A stretch of DNA of 64,000 nucleotides. Source: an uncultured Acidobacteriota bacterium. Its GTDB lineage: Bacteria; Acidobacteriota; Thermoanaerobaculia; UBA5066; Gp7-AA6. A program made the translations under genes and the position numbers. How positions within the stretch are numbered: position 1 is the stretch's first letter; each line of letters starts with the position of its first letter. Below are positions 20,001-28,076 of this stretch, in pieces. A model generated the notes under the pieces. That model saw nothing but the letters and a program-made list of their open reading frames with translations. It searched no databases and had not been told where the DNA came from. The stretch is from contig CAVXTP010000006.1 of the NCBI GenBank assembly GCA_963764715.1, positions 192,001 through 256,000 of the forward strand, in the 5' to 3' direction.

Positions 20001-20097
20001 TGCCGTACTGCCCGGGACCCGGATCGGCGCCGACGGCGGGGGCGACCCCGGCCGCGAGGCCGCCGAGGAGAAGGACCGCCGGGAGTACGCGCCGCAT
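17062..20097 (-). CDS. Omp85-family outer-membrane assembly protein (BamA/TamA-like, multiple POTRA domains)
   Basis: Start MRRVLPAVLL overlaps the tamB stop; POTRA repeats; ERFYSGGSSTGRGF; TPIGPLRLEY; C-terminal IGYPF beta-signal. Confidence 0.88.
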   Translation of the reverse strand: MRRVLPAVLLLGGLAAGVAPAVGADPGPGQYGKVVESVEYVSDGEVDAGEVGALIAIVAGRPLTELETGATIRNLYGTRRYSNVAVDAELLPDGGLAVTVYLWRSYIVRTVEFDGKFAPTREDLRRVVPLSAGDPFNASALEAGAAALERRLAAEGYIEPVVEPEAVFDDKEFTVRVVYRISAGKRARVTEPFFDGDTAPFSAAELEKRMKLGAGDVYREGKARDDAERLRKYLLSQGRFRASVELIAAEPTEDGRIRPVFRISVGPLFELQATGLKEKAARKQILALLEVQPFDEDLLEQWATDRRGELQRSGRYRATVSAKADGTDPVVVRLAVEPGAKYAVEAIEIAGDVSVPEKTLRDLMVTRTKGLPLVAKGHLTDEDLAGDVSTILGYYQTRGWVDARVTSKVTDGPEPGSLDVRIDVAEGPRAFVAERRVEGAEHLQPEDLAALLTVKVGEPFNPVDVRRDVAALTSRYRNTGWAAATVQDKYTLSEDRTKVDVEYRVEEGERSFFGRTIIRGNAVTEVERIRKQIAWKEGEPFSEEKVADTQQNLARTGVFRSIDVRPQPANPETQTRNIDVEVAEARRLSLLYGFGYLYAAGADVNRNDVFGIAGLTYRNLFGRMQSASLEVQYAPISTRGYLFARFLDPYAFDSRIPISVVGFASRLPIQDVNVDSYGGYIETVRPWGRYLKLGLRYEYQVQGPQNPEDLSTIEVERFPKTAFPIKQSAVGPSFFYDRRDDILDPHSGWYATLAGKYAFPFASADARYGKVSGQAAWFKSIFGGVLGTSFKMGGIYPYGLGGYDVTPPEDRIPVPIAERFYSGGSSTGRGFATDLAGIPGDTVDYNTQAVPKKGAVGTCAEQYPTDPNPDLALYDCTPGPRIIGGNGFMAWTLEYRFPILGNLGVSVFYDLAQVWARASGINFTIEGDPNVPAQLRTGLRQSIGAGLHYMTPIGPLRLEYARPVQLRDIDYRVTATQNADGTPCDPSPCVLIQKATTRETGRVFLSIGYPF

Positions 20098-23000
20098 CAG
20101 AGGCGCTGGCGCTTCCGGAACGTGACCGAGAAATTGCCGTCCTCGTCCCGCAGGAGCTGGATGAAGACGGAGTCGCTGACCTGCCACTCGACGCGGATGA
20201 TCGGGTCCTTGCTCGAGTCGACCGCGATCGACGACGTGACCGTCAAATCCTGGGTGATCTTCTTGCCGATCGTCGTCCGAAAAGTCGTCAGGGTGCTGCC
20301 CTCGAAGACCGGGTCGATCTGGAACCGGTCGAGCTTGAAGATCTCCTTCCCGCCGCGGGTGATTCCGCCGGTCACCGCGCCCGAAACGAGGCCGCCCGCC
20401 GCCGACACGAGCTGGTCGGTGGTCTTGGACTGCTCCCGCGTATCGGGCGGCGTCCCCGACAGGATGAGGCCCAGGATCTCGTCGTTGGTCAGGGGCGGGT
20501 CGGACGTGAAGGTCGCCGACACGCGGGGCCAGGTTCCGGCGAGCGACACGACCAGGTCGTACCCCTTGACGTCGGCGCGCGCGCGCAGATCGACGAAGGG
20601 CGCGATCCGCGTCGTGTTGGAAAAGGTGATCGCGCCGGCCTCGATCTCGTAGCGGATGTCCGAGAACACCACCCGGCCGCCTTCGTCGAGTAAGATCTGC
20701 CCGAGGAGAACCGGATCCGCGAGCGTGCCGCGGGCCGTCAGGTCGACGGTCCCCGAAAGACGGGCGACGTTGTTCCGAACTTCGAGAGCCGCCGCCGACA
20801 CGATGCGCACGTCGAGCGCGGTGCGCTCCTTCCAGGGCTCCCGCGCCGCCAGGGCGCCCGTGGGACGGCTCTTCGACAGCAGGTCGGACACCGTGAGGTC
20901 GACGTCCTTCGTGTACGTCCCGCGGAGCAGCGTGACCTCGCCCCGGATCTCCCGGTCCTGCGGATCGCCCGAGACGACCAGGTCGGCGTCGACGACCAGG
21001 CGGAGCGCCGGGATCGCCCGGACCGAGACCCTCCGGCCCTGGACCGCCAGGCGGTAGCTCGCGATCGAGCTGCCGTCGAGTCGGAAGCTCCCGGCCACGA
21101 ACGCCTCGCCCTCGGCGACGCGCGCGCGCAGGCCGTCGACCTCACCTGACGAGCCGATCAACCGCACCGTTCCCTCGATGTCGTCGAAGGAGTAGCCGGC
21201 GAAGCGGTACTTGCCGTCGGCCAGTCGGATCGAGCCGTTGAACGCGGGCTCGTCGACCGTCCCGCTCGCGGCCACGTCGACCGTCAGGTGTCCCGCCAGG
21301 CCGACGCCCGGCTGCACGAGCTCGAGCACGGCGGCATCGGCCGTTCCGGAGAGGCGGCCTTCGATCGTCTTGGCGGCGCCGGAGGCGTCGAGCACGCCGC
21401 GCACGGTGAAGTCGCTCTCCTGGCCGACGGCGTGGAGCTCCTCGAGCGTGATCCGTCGGTCGGCGATCCGGATCCTGGCGGGCCCGGAGGTCGCGAGCAC
21501 GCCCGGGCGGCCGCGCGCGTCGAGACGCGCCGCGGTCACCGTCACCTCCCCGGCGACCGGCGACTCGTCGTCCGGCCAGTCGAACCGTCCGCGCGCGCTG
21601 AGGGCGCCGCCCACGCCTTCGGGAAGTTCGAGGGGCGTGAAGAGCGCGAAAGAGGCGAAGTCGGTCGCCTCGAGCTCTGCCTCGACGCGGCCCGGCGTCC
21701 CCAGCGGCTCGCCCGTTCCCTTCAACGTCCAGTGGCCCGGCACCGACACGGTCCCCGACAGCTCTCCCTTCGAGAGCCGCGCTTCGAGGCGGGGCGCGAG
21801 ATCGGGCGGGATCGCGCGGCCGTGGAAGCGGGCCTCGGTGAGCTGCGCCGAGACCGTCAGGTCCGGCCGGTCGAAGGAGCCCGAGCCCGTCAGCTCGAAG
21901 GTCAGCTTGCCCGAAAGCTCGTCGGAGACCTTCGCCACCGCGTGCAGCTCCTCGATCGGCACGGCGTCGCCGGCCGCCCGCACCTCGAAGGTCTTTTCCC
22001 GGAGCGCGATCGCGCCCCGTCCCCCGAGCGTTCCGCCGTCGAGCTCCGCGCGGACCTCCTCGAGCTCGAAGCGGCCCGGCGAAAGCGTCGCGCGTCCGAC
22101 CGCCCGCGGGATCGGCTGTCCCCACACGACGGCGTCTTCGAGGATCATCAGGCCGCCGCCCGACACGTCGTTGGGAGGCGTGCCCGCGAACGGAAAGCTT
22201 CCGGAGAGGCGCCCGGTGATCGGGTAATCGAGGTCGAGATAGTCGAGGAGACGCTCGATCGGGTAGTCCTTGGCGGTGGCGGTCAGGTCGAACCGGGGGC
22301 GCGAGGGATCGCGGCGATAGCGCGCCGTGCCCTCGAGCGAGACCGTCGCGCTCCCGTCGTAGACGCGCAGTGGATGGAAGAAGAACGCGCCCCCGCTCAT
22401 GTCCGCCGCGCCCCGGACGCTTCCGAAGAGGACGCCGGCGTAGCGAGTGTTCTCGGCCGCGATCAGGGACGTCAGGTCGGGGTCGCCCCAGGATTTCGAG
22501 ATGTGTCCCTCGATCTCGCCGCTGCCGCCGAGGCCCAGGAGATCAGGCGCGTTTCCGGCCGCGGCCATGAAGTTCTGGAAGAGCCGGTCGACCTCGGCGA
22601 GGTCGCGGGAGCGCAGGCGAAAGTCGAAGTCCGGCGTCCACTGGCCGATGCGCATGCCGCCGGTGAGCTCCAGGGTCGACGCCGGGAACCGGAAGAGGGT
22701 CGACTGGAATCCGAGGCGCCCGTCGACGACCGCGAGCGCGCCGCCGCCGGATGTCGGGATGCCGTAGCGGCCGCGGACGAGCGAAGCCGCCGGGCCGGGC
22801 TCGATCTGGACCGTCAGGCCCCCGTTCGCCCGCTCGAGCCCTCCCTCCGCCCACCGCAGCGCGATGCCGAGGGTGGCCTGCCCGGACAGGCCGGTGCCGG
22901 GCAGCTTGATGTCGCCGAAGAAGCGCTCGACCGCGATCCCGCGGACGTCGAGCGCGAGCGTCATGGGCTGGGGCCGCTTTCCTCCGGCCAGCCCCTCGAT

Positions 23001-24053
23001 CCGGTACACGCCCGTCGCCTGACCGCCCGCGTAGATCGCCTTCTCGATCCGACCGACCAGGGCCTCGGGCCGCGCGACGACCGTCGCCTCGATGTCGTCG
23101 ACCGGGAACCCCTTCGCGTCGATGTGCGCCGACCCGAGCTTCCCCGCGATGCGGAAGCCGCCCCGCGGCGGGATGCGGACCTCCGCCCGGACCGAGGCGT
23201 CCCCGGTGAACCCGAGACCCGAGCGGAAGATGCGCTCGACTTCCCCGACGTGGAGCTCTCCCGAAACGAGCAGCAGGGTCGTGGGGTCCTTGAAGTCGTC
23301 GACGGACCCGGAGGCATTCAGCTCGCCGAACTCGCCGACGACGCGGAGCGCTTCGATCGAGGCCCCCCGCGCGGCGTCGAGCCGGAAGCGCAGGTCGAGG
23401 CCGAACACCATGGGCTCGGAGGCGGGCAGGTCGAGCTGCACGCGGCGGCAGGCCAGGGTGCCGTCGTAGCGCCGCTCGCCGAGCGACGAAAGCTCCAGCG
23501 CGAACTCGTCGAGGCGCCCGTCGATGCCCGTCACCCGGCCTTCCATCTGAAAGACGCCCCGCTGCACGACGAGCTCGCCGACCCGGACCGAGAGCCCGCC
23601 CTTCTCCGCCGGCCCCGTCAGGCCCGGCGGCAGGTTCCAGGTTCCGTCGTCGAACTGGACGAGACTGATGCGCGGAGCGACCGCCCGGACGCGGCCCAGG
23701 CGGAGCTCGCCGCTCGTCACCGAGACGCCACCGCCGATCGTCAGCTCGGCCGCCGAGAGCAGCGGCTCGCCGCCGAGCCGGGGGTCGTTCGCGACGCGCA
23801 CGTCGGCGAGCTGGATCGAGGGCGGAAAGACGTGAAAGTCGACGCGCCGGAAGGTCACCGGCCGTTTCAGCAGCTCCGAGAGACGCTGCTGCGAGACGCC
23901 CTGCAGGAGGGTCTGGAACCGGTCCGAGTTCCAGATCGAATAGGCGGCGAGGACGAGGAACGAGACGAGGATCAGGAAGAGACGCCGCGCGGAGAGGAGC
24001 TGAGCCTCGTGGGGCGTTTCTTCCCGGCCGTCGCCTGCGCCCTGGCCCGACAT
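20097..24053 (-). CDS. tamB: translocation and assembly module TamB/AsmA-like protein
   Basis: N-terminal TM anchor; long beta-taco-like repeats; C-terminal DUF490-like FTSDPPL..EILGLI..G; adjacent Omp85 gene. Confidence 0.82.
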   Translation of the reverse strand: MSGQGAGDGREETPHEAQLLSARRLFLILVSFLVLAAYSIWNSDRFQTLLQGVSQQRLSELLKRPVTFRRVDFHVFPPSIQLADVRVANDPRLGGEPLLSAAELTIGGGVSVTSGELRLGRVRAVAPRISLVQFDDGTWNLPPGLTGPAEKGGLSVRVGELVVQRGVFQMEGRVTGIDGRLDEFALELSSLGERRYDGTLACRRVQLDLPASEPMVFGLDLRFRLDAARGASIEALRVVGEFGELNASGSVDDFKDPTTLLLVSGELHVGEVERIFRSGLGFTGDASVRAEVRIPPRGGFRIAGKLGSAHIDAKGFPVDDIEATVVARPEALVGRIEKAIYAGGQATGVYRIEGLAGGKRPQPMTLALDVRGIAVERFFGDIKLPGTGLSGQATLGIALRWAEGGLERANGGLTVQIEPGPAASLVRGRYGIPTSGGGALAVVDGRLGFQSTLFRFPASTLELTGGMRIGQWTPDFDFRLRSRDLAEVDRLFQNFMAAAGNAPDLLGLGGSGEIEGHISKSWGDPDLTSLIAAENTRYAGVLFGSVRGAADMSGGAFFFHPLRVYDGSATVSLEGTARYRRDPSRPRFDLTATAKDYPIERLLDYLDLDYPITGRLSGSFPFAGTPPNDVSGGGLMILEDAVVWGQPIPRAVGRATLSPGRFELEEVRAELDGGTLGGRGAIALREKTFEVRAAGDAVPIEELHAVAKVSDELSGKLTFELTGSGSFDRPDLTVSAQLTEARFHGRAIPPDLAPRLEARLSKGELSGTVSVPGHWTLKGTGEPLGTPGRVEAELEATDFASFALFTPLELPEGVGGALSARGRFDWPDDESPVAGEVTVTAARLDARGRPGVLATSGPARIRIADRRITLEELHAVGQESDFTVRGVLDASGAAKTIEGRLSGTADAAVLELVQPGVGLAGHLTVDVAASGTVDEPAFNGSIRLADGKYRFAGYSFDDIEGTVRLIGSSGEVDGLRARVAEGEAFVAGSFRLDGSSIASYRLAVQGRRVSVRAIPALRLVVDADLVVSGDPQDREIRGEVTLLRGTYTKDVDLTVSDLLSKSRPTGALAAREPWKERTALDVRIVSAAALEVRNNVARLSGTVDLTARGTLADPVLLGQILLDEGGRVVFSDIRYEIEAGAITFSNTTRIAPFVDLRARADVKGYDLVVSLAGTWPRVSATFTSDPPLTNDEILGLILSGTPPDTREQSKTTDQLVSAAGGLVSGAVTGGITRGGKEIFKLDRFQIDPVFEGSTLTTFRTTIGKKITQDLTVTSSIAVDSSKDPIIRVEWQVSDSVFIQLLRDEDGNFSVTFRKRQRL

Positions 24054-24062
24054 CAAGAAGGT

Positions 24063-24947
24063 CTACACGCCCCAGGAGAGCTTGCCGGCGAGCTGATCGA
24101 AATGATCGGTCTCGGGCGGACGCAGCAGCGTCACCGGGGCGGAGCTGGAACGAATGACCACCGTCAGGCCGGAGAGAATGGGAAAGCCCTCCTGCCCGTC
24201 GAGCGTCAGGTAGACGCCGCCGTCGCGGCGCTCGGGACCGACGACCCGGATGCGGATCTCCGTCGACGCGGGGACGACGAGGGGCCGCTGGGCCAGCGTG
24301 TGCGGGCAGATGGGCGTGATGACGTTGGCAGGCAGTTGCGGATGAAGGATCGGGCCGCCCGCCGAGAGGTTGTAGGCCGTCGAGCCCGTGGGCGTGGAGA
24401 CGATCACGCCGTCCGCGCGAAACTCGGCCACGACGCGGCCGTCGAGGGCGATCGCGAAGGTCGAGATCCGCGCGAGGGCCTCCCGGTTGAGGACCGCGTC
24501 GTTCAAGACCCGGTAGTGGCCGTGGTGCGGCCCGCGGCCGACCGTGACGTCGAGGACGCCGCGCCGGTCCTCGCGAAACCGGCCGGCGAGGACCTCGTCG
24601 AGGCGGCGAATCACGTCTTTCGAAGGGAGGCCCGCGAGAAACCCGAGGAGGCCGACGTTGACTCCGAGAAGCGGCGTTTCGGGCGGGGCCGTGCGCGCGA
24701 CCGAGAGGATGGTCCCGTCGCCCCCGAGGACGATCACGAGGTCGGTCTCCCGGGCGATCCGGGCCCGCGGCACTCCCCCGGTCCGGCCGAGGGCCTCGGC
24801 GGTTCCGTCCTCGAGGATCACCTTCCGCCCCCGGCGCTTGACGGCCCGCTCGATCGACGCCGCCAGCCGCAAGGCCGGGTCGGAGGCCGTCTTGGCCACG
24901 ATCCCGACGCGGGCAAACCTCGGCACGGAGGCCCGGGACCCCTTCAT
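24063..24947 (-). CDS. nadK: NAD(+) kinase
   Basis: GGDGTIL, GVNVGLLGFL, LNDA, ADGVIVSTPTGSTAYNLSAGGP, LDGQ. Confidence 0.95.
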   Translation of the reverse strand: MKGSRASVPRFARVGIVAKTASDPALRLAASIERAVKRRGRKVILEDGTAEALGRTGGVPRARIARETDLVIVLGGDGTILSVARTAPPETPLLGVNVGLLGFLAGLPSKDVIRRLDEVLAGRFREDRRGVLDVTVGRGPHHGHYRVLNDAVLNREALARISTFAIALDGRVVAEFRADGVIVSTPTGSTAYNLSAGGPILHPQLPANVITPICPHTLAQRPLVVPASTEIRIRVVGPERRDGGVYLTLDGQEGFPILSGLTVVIRSSSAPVTLLRPPETDHFDQLAGKLSWGV

Positions 24948-24952
24948 CCGCC

Positions 24953-25684
24953 TCAATTTACACGAAATCCGACGAGAAACTCGGCATTGCCGCGCGCGCC
25001 GAGGATCGGAGACGGGACCGCGCCGAGGCCCTCGAGTCCGAGCTCGCGGCCGGCCGCCTCGATCTCGGCGACCACCCGGCGCCGGGTCTCCTCCGACGTC
25101 ACGACGCCGCCGCGGGGCACTTCGCCGCGGCCGGCTTCGAACTGCGGCTTCACGAGGACGACGACCGCCGCGCCGGGCGCGAGGCGCGCGACGATCGCCG
25201 GGAGAATCAGGCGAAGCGAAATGAACGAGACGTCGGCGACGGCGAGATCCACCGGCTCCGGAACGTCGGCCGCCGAGAGGTTGCGGGCATTGACCTTCTC
25301 GCGCACGACGACGCGGGGATCCGCGCGCAGCCGCGCGTCGAGCTGGCCGTAGCCGACGTCGACCGCGTAGACCCGGGCGGCCCCCCGCTGGAGGAGGCAG
25401 TCGGTGAACCCGCCCGTCGAGGCGCCCACGTCGAGGCACGTCCGGCCCGCCGGGTCGAGGCCGAAGTGATCGAGGGCGTGCGCGAGCTTCACCCCTCCGC
25501 GCGAGACGTACGGATGCGGCGGGCCCGCCACCTCGACCACGGCGTCTTCGGGGACTCCCTCGCCGGCCTTCCCGGCCCGGCGTCCCTCGACCGACACGAG
25601 ACCGGCGAGGATCATCGCCTGCGCCTTCTCCCGCGTCGGCGCCAGGCCCCGCGCCACGAGCAGGAGATCGAGCCGCGTCTTCAA
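24953..25684 (-). CDS. tlyA: TlyA-family rRNA 2'-O-methyltransferase
   Basis: TTG start overlapping the upstream stop; RLDLLLV S4 domain; YVSRGGVKL; DVGASTGGFTD; DVSFISL; KPQFE. Confidence 0.93.
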   Translation of the reverse strand: MKTRLDLLLVARGLAPTREKAQAMILAGLVSVEGRRAGKAGEGVPEDAVVEVAGPPHPYVSRGGVKLAHALDHFGLDPAGRTCLDVGASTGGFTDCLLQRGAARVYAVDVGYGQLDARLRADPRVVVREKVNARNLSAADVPEPVDLAVADVSFISLRLILPAIVARLAPGAAVVVLVKPQFEAGRGEVPRGGVVTSEETRRRVVAEIEAAGRELGLEGLGAVPSPILGARGNAEFLVGFRVN

Positions 25685-26700
25685 AACGTGATCGCCACCT
25701 TCATCGCGCCTTCGAGCGTGCGGGCGCGCGCGAAGGCTTCCGGCGCGCGCTCGACCGGGAACCGGTGCGAGACGAGGTCGCCGACGCGGACCTGCCGGCG
25801 CGCGATCCAGTCGAGGGCCTCGGCCGTGTCGTCGGGCCCGCAGGAGTACGACGGAACGACCGACACCTCGCGAAAGTAGAGGTCGAAGAGGCCGGCGGCC
25901 CAGGTCTCGCCCGGCGGGGCCATCGTGAAGAGGAGGAGCGTTCCTCCCGGCGCGACGGCGTCGAAGGCCTCCTCGACGACCGAGCGCTTTCCCGGGCCGA
26001 CGAAGACGACGTCGAAGCCCGACGGCGCCACGCGCCGCGCCCCCTCGCGGAGCGATTCCCGCGAAACGTCGATGACGGCGTCGGCCCCGCTCGTTCCGGC
26101 CGCGGCGAGGCGCGAGGCGACGCGGTCCGCCCCCGCGATCGTCGAGGCCCCGAGGGCCCGCCCGAGCCGGACGGCGAGCTGCCCCGCCGGGCCGAGCCCC
26201 ACGCACAGCAGTGACTGTCCCCGGGCGAACCGCGCGCGGCGGAACGCCTTCACGACCGTCGCGAGCGGCTCCACGAAGCTCGCCTCCTCGTCCGAGACGC
26301 CGTCGGGGATCCGGGACGTGTCGCGGGCGAGGTTGCCCGCCGGCACCCGGACGAGCTCGGCCATGCCTCCCGGATCGAGCCTCGACGAGCGCCAGTCGGC
26401 GCAGTGGACGTAGCGTCCGGCGGCGCAGGCCGGGCAGTCCAGGCACGGAGCGTGGTGGTGCGGCGCCACGCGATCGCCGACGCGAAAGCCCGTCACGCCG
26501 TCGCCAAGCGCGGCGATCTCGCCCGCGACCTCGTGCCCCAGGATCGAGCCGGCCTTGCGGCGGACGTACCAGTCGAGGAGGTCCGAGCCGCAGATCCCGG
26601 ACACCCGGGTCCGCAGGAGCGCCTCTCCCGGGCCGATCCGGGGCTCGGGGAGATCGACGACCCCGACCGAGCCGTCGGCCTCGATGCGCACGGCTTTCAT
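25681..26700 (-). CDS. zinc-dependent medium-chain dehydrogenase (iditol/threonine DH-like)
   Basis: GICGSD, GHE, CxxCxxC-7-C structural Zn site, GLGPAG. Confidence 0.88.
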   Translation of the reverse strand: MKAVRIEADGSVGVVDLPEPRIGPGEALLRTRVSGICGSDLLDWYVRRKAGSILGHEVAGEIAALGDGVTGFRVGDRVAPHHHAPCLDCPACAAGRYVHCADWRSSRLDPGGMAELVRVPAGNLARDTSRIPDGVSDEEASFVEPLATVVKAFRRARFARGQSLLCVGLGPAGQLAVRLGRALGASTIAGADRVASRLAAAGTSGADAVIDVSRESLREGARRVAPSGFDVVFVGPGKRSVVEEAFDAVAPGGTLLLFTMAPPGETWAAGLFDLYFREVSVVPSYSCGPDDTAEALDWIARRQVRVGDLVSHRFPVERAPEAFARARTLEGAMKVAITF

Positions 26701-26736
26701 GCGCAGGGATTATGGGTCAGGCGAGGGGCCCGCGGT

Positions 26737-28008
26737 CTATGCGTCGACCCGGGCGATCTCGGCGACGGCCCCGAGGAGCCGGTCGACCTCGTCCTCCGTC
26801 GTGTAGCAGGCGCAGCCGGCGCGGACGACCCCGTCCGCGGCGTGGCCCAGGCGCTCCACGACCGTCAGGGCGTAGAAGTCCCCGCTCGATAGGTAGAGCC
26901 CGCGGCGGCCGAGGGCCTCGGCCACCTCGTCCGCCGGGCGCCCGGCGATCACGAACGAAAGGGTGGGCGTGCGCGGCGCCGACGGCGTCGGCCCGTACAC
27001 CGTCACCCCGTCGATCCGCGCGAGCCCCGTCCAGAGCTTTTCGAGGAGCTTCTGGCCGCGCCGGTGCAGCTCCGCGAAGACCGCGGCCAGGCTCTCCCGG
27101 CGCCCGAGCCCTGGCGTCTCCGCGAGCGCGGCCAGGAAGTCGACGGCCGCCGCCGCGCCCACGATGCCTTCGTGCGAGAGGGTCCCGGTCTCGAGGCGCT
27201 CGGGCGACCAGTCGGGCGCGGGTACGAGCCGTGGAACGTCGAGGGCCTCGATGAGCTCCCGGCGCCCCCACAGGACGCCGAGGTGCGGGCCGTAGAACTT
27301 GTACGGCGAGCAGGCCAGGTAGTCGCAACCGATGCGCCGCACGTCGATCAGGGCGTGCGGGGCGAAGTGCACGGCGTCGACGAACGACAGGGCTCCCGCC
27401 GCGCGCGCCAGGCCGCAGATGCGCTCGACGTCGTTGATCGTCCCGAGGGCGTTCGACGCGGCGCCGATCGCCACGAGCCGGACTCCCGGCCGGATCGCGC
27501 TTTCCAGGTCGGCCTCGTCGAGCTGCCCGGTCTCCGGACGCATCCGCACGGTGCGGATCGTGACGCCCCGGTCGCGCTCGAGGGCTTTCCAGGTGTCCAC
27601 GTTGGCGTGATGGTCGAGCTCCGTGACGACGATCTCGTCGCCCGGGCCCCACCCGCGGCCGAGCGCGCGGGACAGGTGGAAGGTCAGCGTGGTCATGTTC
27701 TGGCCGAACGCGATCTCCGACGGATCGCCGTTCACGAACTCGGCGAAGGTCCGGCGCGCCCCGGCGAGCGCCGCGTCCGTCTCGACCGAGGACGGGTAGC
27801 GCCAGTGCGTGTTGGCGTTGTGCTTGAAGAGATAGTCGGCCATCGCCTTGACGACGCCCACCGGGACCTGCGTGCCGCCGGGGCCGTCGAAGTACGCGAC
27901 CGGCCGGCCGTCGTGCTTGCGCTCGAGCGCCGGGAACCGGCTGCGGATCGAGGCCACGTCGGCAATCGTCGGGGACCGGCCGGGGCCGGCCAGCGTCGGC
28001 GTTTCCAT
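26737..28008 (-). CDS. cysteine desulfurase-like class V PLP protein (VC1184-type)
   Basis: YFDGPGGTQVP, ELDHHAN, DAVH, SPYKF, ETGT. Confidence 0.88.
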   Translation of the reverse strand: METPTLAGPGRSPTIADVASIRSRFPALERKHDGRPVAYFDGPGGTQVPVGVVKAMADYLFKHNANTHWRYPSSVETDAALAGARRTFAEFVNGDPSEIAFGQNMTTLTFHLSRALGRGWGPGDEIVVTELDHHANVDTWKALERDRGVTIRTVRMRPETGQLDEADLESAIRPGVRLVAIGAASNALGTINDVERICGLARAAGALSFVDAVHFAPHALIDVRRIGCDYLACSPYKFYGPHLGVLWGRRELIEALDVPRLVPAPDWSPERLETGTLSHEGIVGAAAAVDFLAALAETPGLGRRESLAAVFAELHRRGQKLLEKLWTGLARIDGVTVYGPTPSAPRTPTLSFVIAGRPADEVAEALGRRGLYLSSGDFYALTVVERLGHAADGVVRAGCACYTTEDEVDRLLGAVAEIARVDA

Positions 28009-28076
28009 GGCGGCGGCGAGGATATCAGCGCCGCCCTTGAACGGAGCTCCCTTCTGCCATAGCGTGCGGCGAACCC

